A stretch of DNA of 64,000 nt from Lingula anatina (lineage: Eukaryota; Animalia; Brachiopoda): the NCBI GenBank assembly GCA_051362555.1, contig CM120640.1, positions 51,810,788-51,874,787 on the forward strand, written 5' to 3'. Numbering within the stretch: the stretch's first letter is position 1; the number at the start of each line of letters is the position of its first letter. Under the pieces are notes generated by a model. The model searched no databases, had not been told where the DNA came from, and was given only the letters and a program-made list of their open reading frames with translations. Position numbers and translations under genes: made by a program. Shown piece by piece: positions 11,954-23,949 of this stretch.

Positions 11954-14473
11954 CTTCAAAAAAGCGCTGTAAGCTCGTTTTTATACAACGACAAAGGACA
12001 TCTTATGTGAAAAACACTGATCTTTCCTTCGATGCAAATTAAGAAATCGAATCAAATGATATACAGGTGTCGAAAAAAAGGACAAAACCCTCAAACAGGT
12101 TCCTTTTAACTACCCTTTGCCAGTGCCACATATTGATTTTTTACTTGATATTCACAGATATGTCTAGGAATTTTTCTGCACTGTGCACTCGAGTCAAAGA
12201 AAAGTTCACATAATAAAATCTGCGGCTCTGGTAGAGGGTGGCTTTTAACTTTTTAACTCATGGTATTTGGGTTTGCGATTGAAAGATAGAAGGGACATGA
12301 CCTCGTTTATAAGTGAAAATATTTTTTAAACATTATGCAGATTCCAACAATCATTTCTTACATAACAAGTTACTGAATGCGAATGGGATGGAGAGCTTTT
12401 AGGGACTACTATTCCGCTCTTCATTCGTATCACAGTTTTAAATGATTTTAAACCGGTTAATGAGGACGCATTAAATTATTTTGTTATTTTATTGCAGTTT
12501 TAAGGTGAAAATTTGTTCTTTATCAGAAACCTTTGAAAATCCCAACAGTTTTCGAGGCACTAAATAGCCGTTTTCTGCCCATTCTGGTGCCACATTGTCT
12601 TAGTGGGCTGTCCGCACTAAACACCTTATTTTCTGCTTTGTAGAGATAAGCACTGTGTAGTTATCAGTTCTAAGATGAACTTCAAATGCACTTTAAAGTG
12701 ACCTATCGCTCTCTGTCCTGTTTTTTTTAAATAATGAACCCTCTCCCAAATATCAAGTCAATGACAAGCTTAATATCACGCCGTTGTTGCAATTATATTT
12801 TATTAAAGGTATAATTGCGAATTATTTGGACTTAAAAAGTGCGTTTTAGAGTAGTTAAGCATTAGACCAAAAATTGTCACGAAATAAATTTGAAGGTATT
12901 AAACGCAAAAACCGTTTGTTTTCTGACATACAGATCAAAACTGGCGAATCTTAGCCTGAATAAGTAGAATAACAGATATATGCCGTCGTGTTAAAACAAC
13001 TTGTCACGGGATCACCTTATTTTGAAGGAGATGCCATGTCAAATTTATAATTATCCTTAAATAATTCGATTTCTATCCAATTCAAGTTTAGTTCTGAGAC
13101 AAATGAAATGAGATAATAACAATATAAAATTATAGATTCAAATCAGAAGGAAAAATGGCACCTTTTTTTATAAGTGATCAATAAATTTACAGAAATTGTT
13201 ATCAGTCCTGTATGAACTGATCTGGTAATTTTGGTCTAACACTTTTTTCAACTAGTTTTACTCGTTCTTATAGAATTCTTGAAAAATATGTACATAACTT
13301 TAACCCCAAATGCTTCAAGATAGGTCTCAAGTTACATAACCATTTCGTGTTGTCTGTTTAATTATTTTCTGTACGCAAACTAAAAGAATTAAAACGAAAA
13401 TTTACTTCTTTTCCATCATGGGATGTAACTTCCATTAATCTACCTCTCTTTCTCTCTCACACACTCTACCCCCCCCCCCCCCCCCCGAAAAAAAAATTAA
13501 AAACGGTTTATATAGTCTTCTCCACCTGTATAATACGTTTCACCACGAGTGCATCTGTTTCTACATTATTTATAATGTAGTATATATAAGATCTGCAAGT
13601 TTTCTGAGGGAACATTCATATTGTATGAAGCTGGTTTATACGTTCCGCAGAACTAATATGTGGAATATGTTCCCTAGCCGTGTCTTCATCATACATTCAC
13701 AGAGAATTTGAAAAAAAAAGAAAATGCAAAGATTGCGACACCAGAGTTCTAGATAATGAAGAGCACTTTTTTTGTACTTGTCCATTGTACGCTACACCAA
13801 AAGAAATAAACCCCTTTAAATAATATGTTCTAAATAATGCACTGCCCACAAACCCGATATACAATGTACACGATAGTATGCCGAACTACAACGAGTCGTT
13901 ATCAAGTATATCGGACTAGGGGGTAGCAATGCATTAATCATACTGGTACATACAAAAAGAAATCGCCAAAGCCCCTAATTTTCAATAGAATAAATTGATA
14001 TCACCGTGCTGATATCATCGCGCATAAAGTGATATCAGCCACACGATCAACAAAGACAAGCGAGGCAGTGGTAACAGTTGTGGTTTAATACCTCAGGCTC
14101 CCCTTTGAAAAAATAAAAGTACTGCGCCTTCCACTTAATAGCGACTTGGACATATGTCCAAGAAAGCGATCATAAATTATTACTCTCACTGTAAAGATCT
14201 ATTTCATTGCGTTGGGAAGTTGGACATTTTTAAGATGTGTGCAGTGTGTACCTCTTATTATTTTTTCTCTGCATATTTTATCAGCTCAGTCTGGTGCGAA
14301 AAGGATGAATAAAGCATATATAAATACTTTTTCGTTACAAGTACCGGTTCGTCATACCATTGAACCGGACAGTTGAGAAAGGAAAACAAATCAAATCAGA
14401 ATGGAACTAATCACCTACAGTAGTAGACCGAGTAGAGCACTAAGAGTACTCATTCCCCTCCCTACACCACTAC

Positions 14474-14503
14474 CACACACACACACGCACGCACACACAC
14501 ACA

Positions 14504-14538
<35 letters not shown>
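14474..14538. repeat. (CA)n microsatellite, interrupted
   Basis: Seen directly. Confidence 0.9.
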
Positions 14539-14540
<2 letters not shown>

Positions 14541-16592
14541 TTTTACACCATTTTGCCAGTTCCATGCATAGCATATTAAACGTATTAATGATATTTTCTC
14601 TTACTGGACTTCAATAGTACATCTCTGAGATCAGCTACAGTGTCCAGTCCGTTAGGGTTCACATGGTCATTTTCCAGATTTTATACGTGTTTGGTCAAAA
14701 TACCTACCAAAAGCAACATGTCGCTATGGCATGTGTTTTACTTTTCAACGTGGGAGAGATCTGAATGTCACCTACCTCCATCGTAAATCCAGCCGAAGAT
14801 TGACCCACATATACCTCTAATGAAATTGATAAAGACGAAGGTCACGGCGGTATGATATGTAGTGACAGAAGCATCCCTTCACACAGGTTGATCGGCTTTG
14901 CAATCACTACTCCAATCCTAATACACGTATCAGCCACGTTATGTCATAACTCATGTACCAGCACTAGGGGTTATTTTAAGCTGTCATCCGGGGTTTTCAG
15001 TAATTTTTTTAAATCTTATTTTATAAAAGATTTGTACGGATATGACACAGAAAGGGCTACTTTTTGTTGACATTCGTGGGTGTAATTTGTTTCTCGAGAT
15101 AGTTGATGCCGATGATGCATGTTAAGGGGAGCAGTCTTTATATTTAGGGGCATGGACATGCAGCCCAGCCGTCATTGTAACACATTTATTACTAGTGTTA
15201 CTGTATTGGTAACACGGAGGTTGAGATTCCCATCCAGAAATACACATGTATTGTGTCATGTACTGAAGTTCCAGGGTGATGCAGAGTCTGTCCTCTTGAT
15301 TTGTACAGGAAATCTTCGACCTACGCCGACTAGTACCTGTATTTTACTAATGGAAGATAGACTCTATTACACGGACCAACAGTTTCTTATACCCGCACAT
15401 GTACTGGGTTGGCCTCTCAATCTCTCTGTTATCAACTTACAACGTGTATCAGATACAAAATGAATGAGTGTACGATAAATACCATCATATATATAGGCCT
15501 GCTTATCAAAGTAAAATTGAATACTGGTACTTTCAACACGATACATAAAATGGCACATATAGTAGTTATCCGTGGTTTTACTGAAAGGAATGCAAATACT
15601 CCATGTTCAGCTGCAAAATCAGCTTTATGTCACATCCAAACGTTTGAGAACGGCTGTTCTAGGTAAAGGAGATAAGGATTGGGGAACTGATTCCTTCTCC
15701 AATTTTTTTCAGCACGCCAGGAGGCACACCATATGCAAATGTTTTTTTGTTTTTTTTTTTATTAAATTCCAAGTCACTATTTGAGAATAAAATCTTCAAG
15801 GAAAACTGCAATATACAAAAAACGTTTTTGTCTTTATTAGTCTAATTGTATAAAGTGACAAAATTAATAAATACAAAAGTACTGTAGCCTACTATAATAA
15901 ATAAAAAATACTATCGCTAGCACCAGCAGAAGATAAGATAAAAATTGTTTACTGAGAGAAGAGATTGTAGTATAAATCCTATATCTACCGGTGATCAATA
16001 CTGTCGAAAAAACATATAAAATAAATAATTGAAACTTGCTTGGAATTTATAAATTCCTTCCTTGTCATTTTTGGTATTGATAACGTAAATGTTTAACAAC
16101 AATTTTAGCAATGTATCAAACTTAACAAAGCTCTCTCTACATGTACACAACATAAAACGCCAATCGCCAATGTCCGTATTAGACCAATAGACAAACAAAC
16201 GCACTCCTCACACACTCTCGCACATAAACATGCAAGCACAAATGCATGTACACAAAATGCTGTACTGGTATCATAAATAACAACTGGCCAAATTCCTGCA
16301 GTCTTACGAAACAAATGCATTAAGTTTGCCTGTTGACAAAACTGCTTAAAAGAAATGTATGTATAACCAATGTAGCATCTTCATGTTTTTGTACCAATTT
16401 TCTCTCCATGGAGTTTATAGCTGTTTTTCCTCTCGTCCTAACACTTATGATATGGGTGTATCTATAACTGTCTCCTAAAACCAAGTGTGATATAGACTGC
16501 AACATGTGTCGAATATTTTCTCTTTTGTACACTTAAATGAACACAGATCTGGACGTGTTAACGAATATGAAGTAAATGGTTGTCGTTTACTT

Positions 16593-19500
16593 TTATACGG
16601 AGGTAAGAAATTCTGCTTCTAACTGTTCCAATCTTTCCTCATGCCTAGCAGTTTCTTGAAGCAGGACGCTCTCAGGTATGAGAACTTCATCTTGTCTGTT
16701 CTTGCGTTCCAAGTAACTGCGTAAAAACTCAGCCACGCCAATCGCTCCTTGCTGCAAACCAGTTAAACAATGCCATCAATACAAGCTTAGTTGTGCAAAT
16801 CAACACATCAGAACCCGTTTTATGTTATGAACTAATAAAAATACTGTACCTTTATACCAGTAGAAAAAACAACATAAACGTTCAAAAGATTTTAACAGAT
16901 TAGCTGCTGTAAATGTGTACCTTTCTCAGGAATATCTTGTCTTGCTTTGCCATATCTAAGTCCAATGCTTGAATATAGTTTGTATAAATGCCTACAGTTC
17001 TCTCTGGATCGCGTGGCTACAAATACAAGAGACGTGTTAGTAATAAATTTCATTTTTAAGAATTTAACAGTATGGAATCCCATCAACATTGTAGCATGTC
17101 TTGGCAGGTTAATTTACATACAATGAATAAAATCATATTTTTAAGATTTTAAGTGACATGGTGCATGAGCGGTAGAACCTATGGTTAAAGTACGTATAAT
17201 TATGTATGGATGTATAAATTAAATAATAATTACCTTTAAAAATTGCCTGTATGCTTGCAATGTAAATGTATTGATGAGGGCTGATGTGAAATCTCCTAAT
17301 GTTTTAATGGGAACGAGGGAGACATCGGAAATGTATTCTAGCGGGCTGACTACTCCTTTTCTCTCCAGGAATGACATAAATTCGGCTGCAGTAAACTGAA
17401 GCAAAAATGCAATGATTAACTACCGTCAACCTTAACTTCCAGTCTGATTTTATTTGATAAGTTGTACTCGTGGAATATCATAAGTTTTACGTGTTGTATT
17501 GAGATGTTCAAAATATACATCTACTGCTTATTACGAATTCAAAGAAGCCAAGGCCCCGATCACATTTACTAACCTCTAGACTACTGTCCGTGTCTATTTC
17601 CTTGAATGCCTCTTCCCAGTCCATATCCTTCCCGAATAAAGTCTCGATAACGTCAGGGTTTGTTTGAGACAACTACAAAATAAGCATACACTGAGTCACG
17701 AGAGAGAGAGAAAGTGAAGAAAAAAGGAAAGAGAGAGAGAGAGAGAGAGAGAGAAAGATACTCACCCTATCCATTGCTAATTTGAACTCGTGCAAATCTA
17801 TATTTCCGTCTTTGTCCAAATCACACGCTTTCAACATCGGGAAAAATGTTTTTGCAGCATGTATGACAGCTGCCTTTTTCTTAATTTCCGCCTGCAATTC
17901 TTTAAACTGGGGGCCGCGTTTCCTGAAAATATAGTAGTTGAAACATAAAAATACCAACATTGACGAATGTTATTTCTTATCGAAACAGATAATAAAATAA
18001 TAGAAATATTTGCTTAGAACAGACGAGTCCAAACTGAGTAATAGTTATTTTTTTACCTATCTTCACAAAACTTTATCCATAAATGCACACGGCATTGTAC
18101 AAATTACACGTATGTATCGAATACCCGTTTCTATGAGGACTATCTAGATATGTTATTGTTTTACTTTTGGAATAAAGCTGGAATTAGTCTTTAGTAGGGC
18201 ATTTATATATGAACGTAAAGGAAAAAATTACCCTGCCAGTTTGGTATCTGGCAGCTTCCAGTACACATCCTTACAACTCTGGTGCACAGATACTTTCATT
18301 AAATCTTGCTCGTCCGTTGCATACTGAAATTATAGATAGCCTTATATATATAGTATATTAAAGAGATATTTATGTGTCGTTTAGCAATGGTCTCTTGATT
18401 ATACATATAGGGATATAGGGAAATATTTATCAATTTTATTTACGATAATCTCAAGATAAAAGTGAATAACAGATAACAAAAAAATTGAAATCAATGAAAT
18501 ATGATAAAGAATGCATTTTTAGTTTGAAAGCGAAACATTTACGCTATTCTCGTTAAAAGAAAGATAGATGCGCCTGTCATAAAATACACGAGTGCATTTC
18601 TTTCATTATAACTGTATGGCATTCATAATAATAATACATTGGCTTTTCAAAAATGATTTTTCAAACTTACGACAATCAGGCCCAGTGTTTTTTCATTGTA
18701 TTTATGGAATGGAGGTTCCTCACTTCCGAGTCGTTGAAAGAATGAATCCTCAGGACGCATCGACAAGTACCAGCCTAACGCAACGATATTCACAATGTGC
18801 TTAAGATAATATGTTGTGAGCGACAGTAACAATGCAGCACCGTGTCTTATCAAGGAATTCCAAAATACATATCACTTCCGAATACAAAATTGAAATAATA
18901 AGCACCTTTTGTCACTCAAAACGTGTTCACATTTTGTTTAGTGAAATTTAAACGATTTTGAATATTTCCCTTTGGTAGGTGATTGTGTGCGTCTTTTTTG
19001 ATTGCGAAAAAGGGAGAGCTTCTCTAACACAATTATTAAGGGATTTAATTATAAAGACTTACCATCAAACACATGCACAGGGTAGTTACATAGCATTCCA
19101 CCATCCACATAATATTCCAAGTGATCGCCTTTCTTATAAGATGGAGGTTGAAAAAAACCTAGCGGAAGGATGGATTGAAACATAAGTGATGGAGTATGAA
19201 AGGTAAAGAAAAGCACATAGCCTTGAAACACTTATTAGCACATAAAGACCTTATTAAACAGAAGCTAAGTTAATTTCGATCAACAATATTTTTCTACATA
19301 TTAAAAAAAAAACACACAGAAAATTGAAAAAGTCGCTAGCCAATGAATTGTGGAAAGTTATGTCCAAAGTTTCACGTTCTTACTCTGTAGGCCTTTTTCT
19401 GGCATTTTGAAACACAATAACCCGTCAAATCTCTTATTTAACATGTAGCCACGAGGACAGTGTACTGCAGGTGGCGCGGGAAAACAGGTGTTCTCTATCA

Positions 19501-22499
19501 GTCTTTACGACGATGTTACGAGAACTAGACCAGAGCAAATAAACAGTTGACTAAAATAGCGCAATATAAATTCAGATCGCTGTCAGGATTTTTATTTTCG
19601 GATGTGTTGGACAGAAAGTTACATTAGACTGCTATCCTTCCAGGTGATTTCATCGATCCATATCAGTATGACTCCATATAACGTACAACATGAAATACGG
19701 CCACTGCCTGTCTTAAAAAGTCGCTTACCTGGAATACTAGAGGACATCTGCATGGCTTCTGCTATGGGCATATCTGGGGTGGTCTTAGGGTGGAGATATT
19801 CTATGCCCATCTTCGTAACATTTGTAACCACAACGCAAAGTTCTATTCCACGATCCCTGTACAGCTAGATGCGATGAGGAATAAAGCAAAAAATGGAACG
19901 AAAATATAAAAGCTAGATGTAGATGTTTGTAAGGCAATAAATTTTCTTTTCACAATGTTCAAGCTGATCGCCGATATATGTACTACAAATGTAGTAAAGT
20001 CAAGAATTTACTAGTAATAACTGACATAACAGCAAGAACTATGAAATACATGTAATACCGCCAGAATTTACACAAGCTGTACATATTTTGGTAACACTGG
20101 GTAGAATATTCCAAGCATGCTGAGACGCTGGTCTCCCCCATCGCACGCGCGCGTAAACGCACACGAACACACACTACTTTTCTACTTTGTACATTTCTAC
20201 TCCACTAGTCAATAGTGATTCCCGCCCAGGGGTCTTCACTATCACAAAACATTGTATCAAACAAAGCGTTTCAAGATTTCTGATAACTTGCTTGCTTGCT
20301 TTTTGCATTTTTACACACACGAATGTACTCGGCACATACACCAGCGACATACATGTATATCTATAACATTTAATAAGTTACAATTATTATTATTACAGAA
20401 TGCAACAATTATTTCCGCCTTGGTTTGTAACCATTTTGGAAATACAGATCTGAAATATCCAAAGGTATTTGCGAGGCCTTAACGGTTTCAAAATATTCGG
20501 GTAGGGGAGCTCAATATTACATCTTATCCTAAACATCTTACGTCACGTGTAATATTCTAGTTGCTTACAGCATGTAATTAACCTTGGTGAGAATGCAATA
20601 TTGATGCCTACATCTCCAAACGTGTAGTCAGCCTTCCCAGTGGCTTCTCTGACATACAGCCGCAGCACCTCTATATACCGCTTTCCTGGGTTCCAGCCAA
20701 ACTTACAGTACAAATTGGGGAGCATGGCTAATTTGCCGCAGTGCGCATCTGAATGGTGAAAACAAAAGAAAATGGATTTACTATGAAACAATACCTGGAT
20801 AAACTTAGATTAAAAGAACATGGAGTTATAAGTAAAAATAAATAAATAAATAAACACCGTCCAGTGTCACTTAAGCCCTTTTTGAAAAGTCGAGACTCCC
20901 ACGTATTTTACTAGTATTAAAAATGAAGCTGCTTTTAAAGTTTTCAAATAAAATGGGATTTACGTGATGAATGACGATCAGTAGGAAAAAAGGACGGCTT
21001 CAATAAAACTTTGGTTCCACTTTCAAAAGAAGTCCCATTTACAATCATTTCGCATTTAAGGCACAACATTAAGAGTTAATTTTTGGCTGTTCAGTAACGT
21101 ACCCTGAACGAGGAATTCTTGGTCTAAATCCAACAAGGCAGCAATGTCTCTAGGGGTGTAACCAAGTGCCAGCATCCCCGCAGTGCACGCTCCAGCACTC
21201 GCACCCCCAAAACGCTTGATTTTCTTCAGTATACCTAGCTCTTCCAGTACCTTAAAATAGTTGAAGTTAATGTCCTTTTGAACTGAGCTGCAATCAATTT
21301 AAGTTCCCTAACCTTAAAAAATGTGGGTCATTAAATAAAAGGATGGTGTTATGCACATTTATCCAGTTTAACTGGAAATGACAAAAATGTAAGCACACTG
21401 ACATATACAGATCACCTGAAAATGAATCCCACCTTCTTAAACCTATATTTCATGTGAATGTCAGTTGTTTTTGCGAACAGCGGTTGTTAACAAATAGATT
21501 ATTGTGTGAATTCAAATTATACTATTTGTCGGAAGGTGAAGAATGCCTTAAATAAAGCCTTTCGTGTGATGGGCACAGCGTTTTTCTAAAAATAGACAGC
21601 ATTCTAATTTTATGCCTAACAAATTAAGACGCAACCCACAGACATGTAATGTTGGAATAGAAATTTAGTGACCCTGTTTTCTATCCACTGACTTTCGGCA
21701 TGATGCAGCACGGATGTGAGTGCCACATTGTCAATAAAGACTTGGTGGTTTTTAATTTCCAAGCAAAAAGGTTGCTTTCACCGAAAGCTCAATGGGGTCA
21801 CATCGTACATGATAACCTTTCAACAGTAATGACAGTTATCTCTAACAGATTCTTTTCGGTTAATATCACCAATGTTAAGAGGCAGATACCCTGTATCCTA
21901 GCTGTGAAGGACTTGGTAGTGAGCTGTAGCTTGGGAAAGTTCCGTATTGTTATTTCGGGATTGAGACTTCCTTTAATCGACCTTTAATCGAGTTGGTTTA
22001 ATATATGTTTTGGTTTAGATATATTCAGAAAGGGCTACAGGTTGAATATTTAATGAACTTCAAATTATATTACGATCACGTTGATACATGTACACTCAAG
22101 AAATATATCCTTCGTTTTCTGTTTTTCTCCTAATCTTTACCTACTTAATTAACACTTTTTTTGTAAAAATACATGTATAGCTGCTTTCTACAAGTGTTTA
22201 CGGTGACCAAACAGAAAAATTAAATATACAGGGAATATATCATCATTGTAGCCCAATCCTCATTACGAAAAGTAAAAAATTAAAAACGTAAAACCAAGAA
22301 TACATGTATGTACCTGTAGTGCCCCTGGGTATGCGTTCCCTTTAGCTCCGCCACCCTCTAACACCAGATTCTCGAACGGCCAGTCATATCCTTCTAAATC
22401 TTCATAAAGTTCTTTTTTGACACTCCGACTTAAATTCGTAGGAAGGGGGATATCTGTGGGGACACCCAGCTCATCCAAACAGCTGCACGCACAGCCCAT
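16593..22499 (-). CDS. Patatin-like phospholipase of the ExoU/VipD-like type with N-terminal MGCACSC acylation motif and an inserted EF-hand pair (~523 aa, 12 exons)
   Basis: Exons (minus) 22314-22499, 21103-21250, 20612-20748, 19729-19864, 19063-19158, 18671-18774, 18232-18323, 17766-17922, 17574-17672, 17234-17395, 16921-17016, 16593-16751. All GT-AG with consistent phases, 1572 nt, no internal stop. Motifs: oxyanion loop ENLVLEGGGAKGNAYPGA, nucleophile GASAG, MSSSIPGFFQP, catalytic YVDGGMLCNYP, EF-hand DLDKDGNIDLHEF, degenerate EF-hand DTDSSLEFTAAEF, and C-terminal RTVGIYT..KIFLRKQG. Confidence 0.9.
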
Positions 22500-22580
22500 C
22501 GTTTTCTGTGCTATGTAAGTACAGTATGCAGTTAGTATATACCTTGTGGTGTGATGTCAAAGTTCAGATCCGCTTTCCTA

Positions 22581-22588
22581 TGACGTCA
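22581..22588. promoter_or_regulatory. Perfect palindromic CRE (TGACGTCA) ~80 bp upstream of the patatin start codon
   Basis: Exact consensus match. Function is inferred from position only. Confidence 0.35.
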
Positions 22589-22807
22589 ACTGGAGCGGAA
22601 AAGCATGTAAGGTGAGGTGACCAAGGTGTGCCAACTTTCAAGTAAATAAAAACATAAATAAAAAAATGATATAAAGATTAATAAATTCATTGATTAATAA
22701 ATTAATAATTAGATAATCGCCAATGCTTTGGATAGGTCAGCCAAAGAATAGATATTTATGCGAGTTTTTATTTTCAAATTAGCGTTAATAGAGACAGCTC
22801 TCTTCTG

Positions 22808-22818
22808 GTGACTCAGCA
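22808..22818 (+). promoter_or_regulatory. Perfect AP-1/NF-E2/ARE site GTGACTCAGCA ~310 bp upstream of the patatin start codon
   Basis: Exact match to the RTGACTCAGCA CNC-sMaf consensus. Function is inferred. Confidence 0.35.
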
Positions 22819-23949
22819 CGAGTAGTGATTAAAAACATCAGAATTCCTCTCCAAAGAGCTGTAACTCTAGTTCACAGTATGCCACGCCGTCTGGCGGCCA
22901 TTATCCAAGCTCGGGGTGGGCATACCCGCTGTTTAGATTAATAATGAACTCTGAAGATGTTTCTTTACAATTTTCCCTAATTTCATATTAATTGTCAACC
23001 ACAGTATAAATTTATGTTTAATTTTTCACTTGGTACTGTTTTGTAAAAAAGTACTCTTTTGGGGGGCATGAGAAAAAAAAACCTAAATAAATTAACGCTT
23101 TTTTCACATTGGTTGTTTCTCCTTGACTTTACAAATCCTCCAGCTTCACATATTTAACAATACAAACAGTATTAATTTAGTAATATCAATAATAATGAAA
23201 GAAACGGCGATATGCATCCCAAAATTTCCGTGTACCAACCATTTTGGGCAAGAGTGTATATATTTCTGTATGTAAAGAATAACATATGTTCATATTTAAT
23301 AATAATAATATTGTAATTTATTTCAGCTTTTATAAAAGCTGTTAAAATTAAAGTGTTACATGTTGACATTGTTGGCTGCCTATGCTACTTCTAATTCTAT
23401 TGTTTGTTTAGTATAGGAAAAAAATATCTGTAAATATATAATTGAATACGACAGATACTAGGCAATGGGGAATACCCGCTTTAAGGGTCTGCCGCTAGAT
23501 GGCGTTGGGAAGAAAGCAGTCCTTCTAAAATCTCGCAGAATCTCGCTCACGGCTTTACACCAGAGTTTAACATGGAGCCACGCTCGGCTGTCACCTTGAT
23601 TGGATAGTAAACGATTGTCGTAAAATCGCTAAATGATATTAAAACCGGGTGCATAAACTTGAAAACCACCTACAACAACCTTGGACTACCACATTAATCC
23701 AATACAATGCAAAAATAAACTATAACAAGTGGTTAAAGCCTTCAAACCGAATGTCGTAAAGTCCCCATATACCTCCATAGAGACAATAAAATAGAATGAG
23801 CTTCTGAAACAAACCTGATCCAGTTCCAACAGAATAATCGAAATAAAATACTGCCGGGCATCGGAGCGGCCTAAAACTTGGCACGCTTACCGCTAATACT
23901 GCAGGCTACATCATTCCGTCGCTCGTTTGTAAATTCCGTGCATGGCATA

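Noticed and set aside
15120-15340. Cys-rich minus-strand open frame (KISCTNQEDRLC...KDCSP*) after a possible acceptor
   Set aside because: No recognisable domain, and no start or partner exon could be established.
16593-22499. Recent bacterial HGT, contamination, or a CBASS CapV-type operon
   Set aside because: The gene has 11 canonical introns and animal neighbours, and no cyclase gene is nearby. Any bacterial relationship would be ancient.
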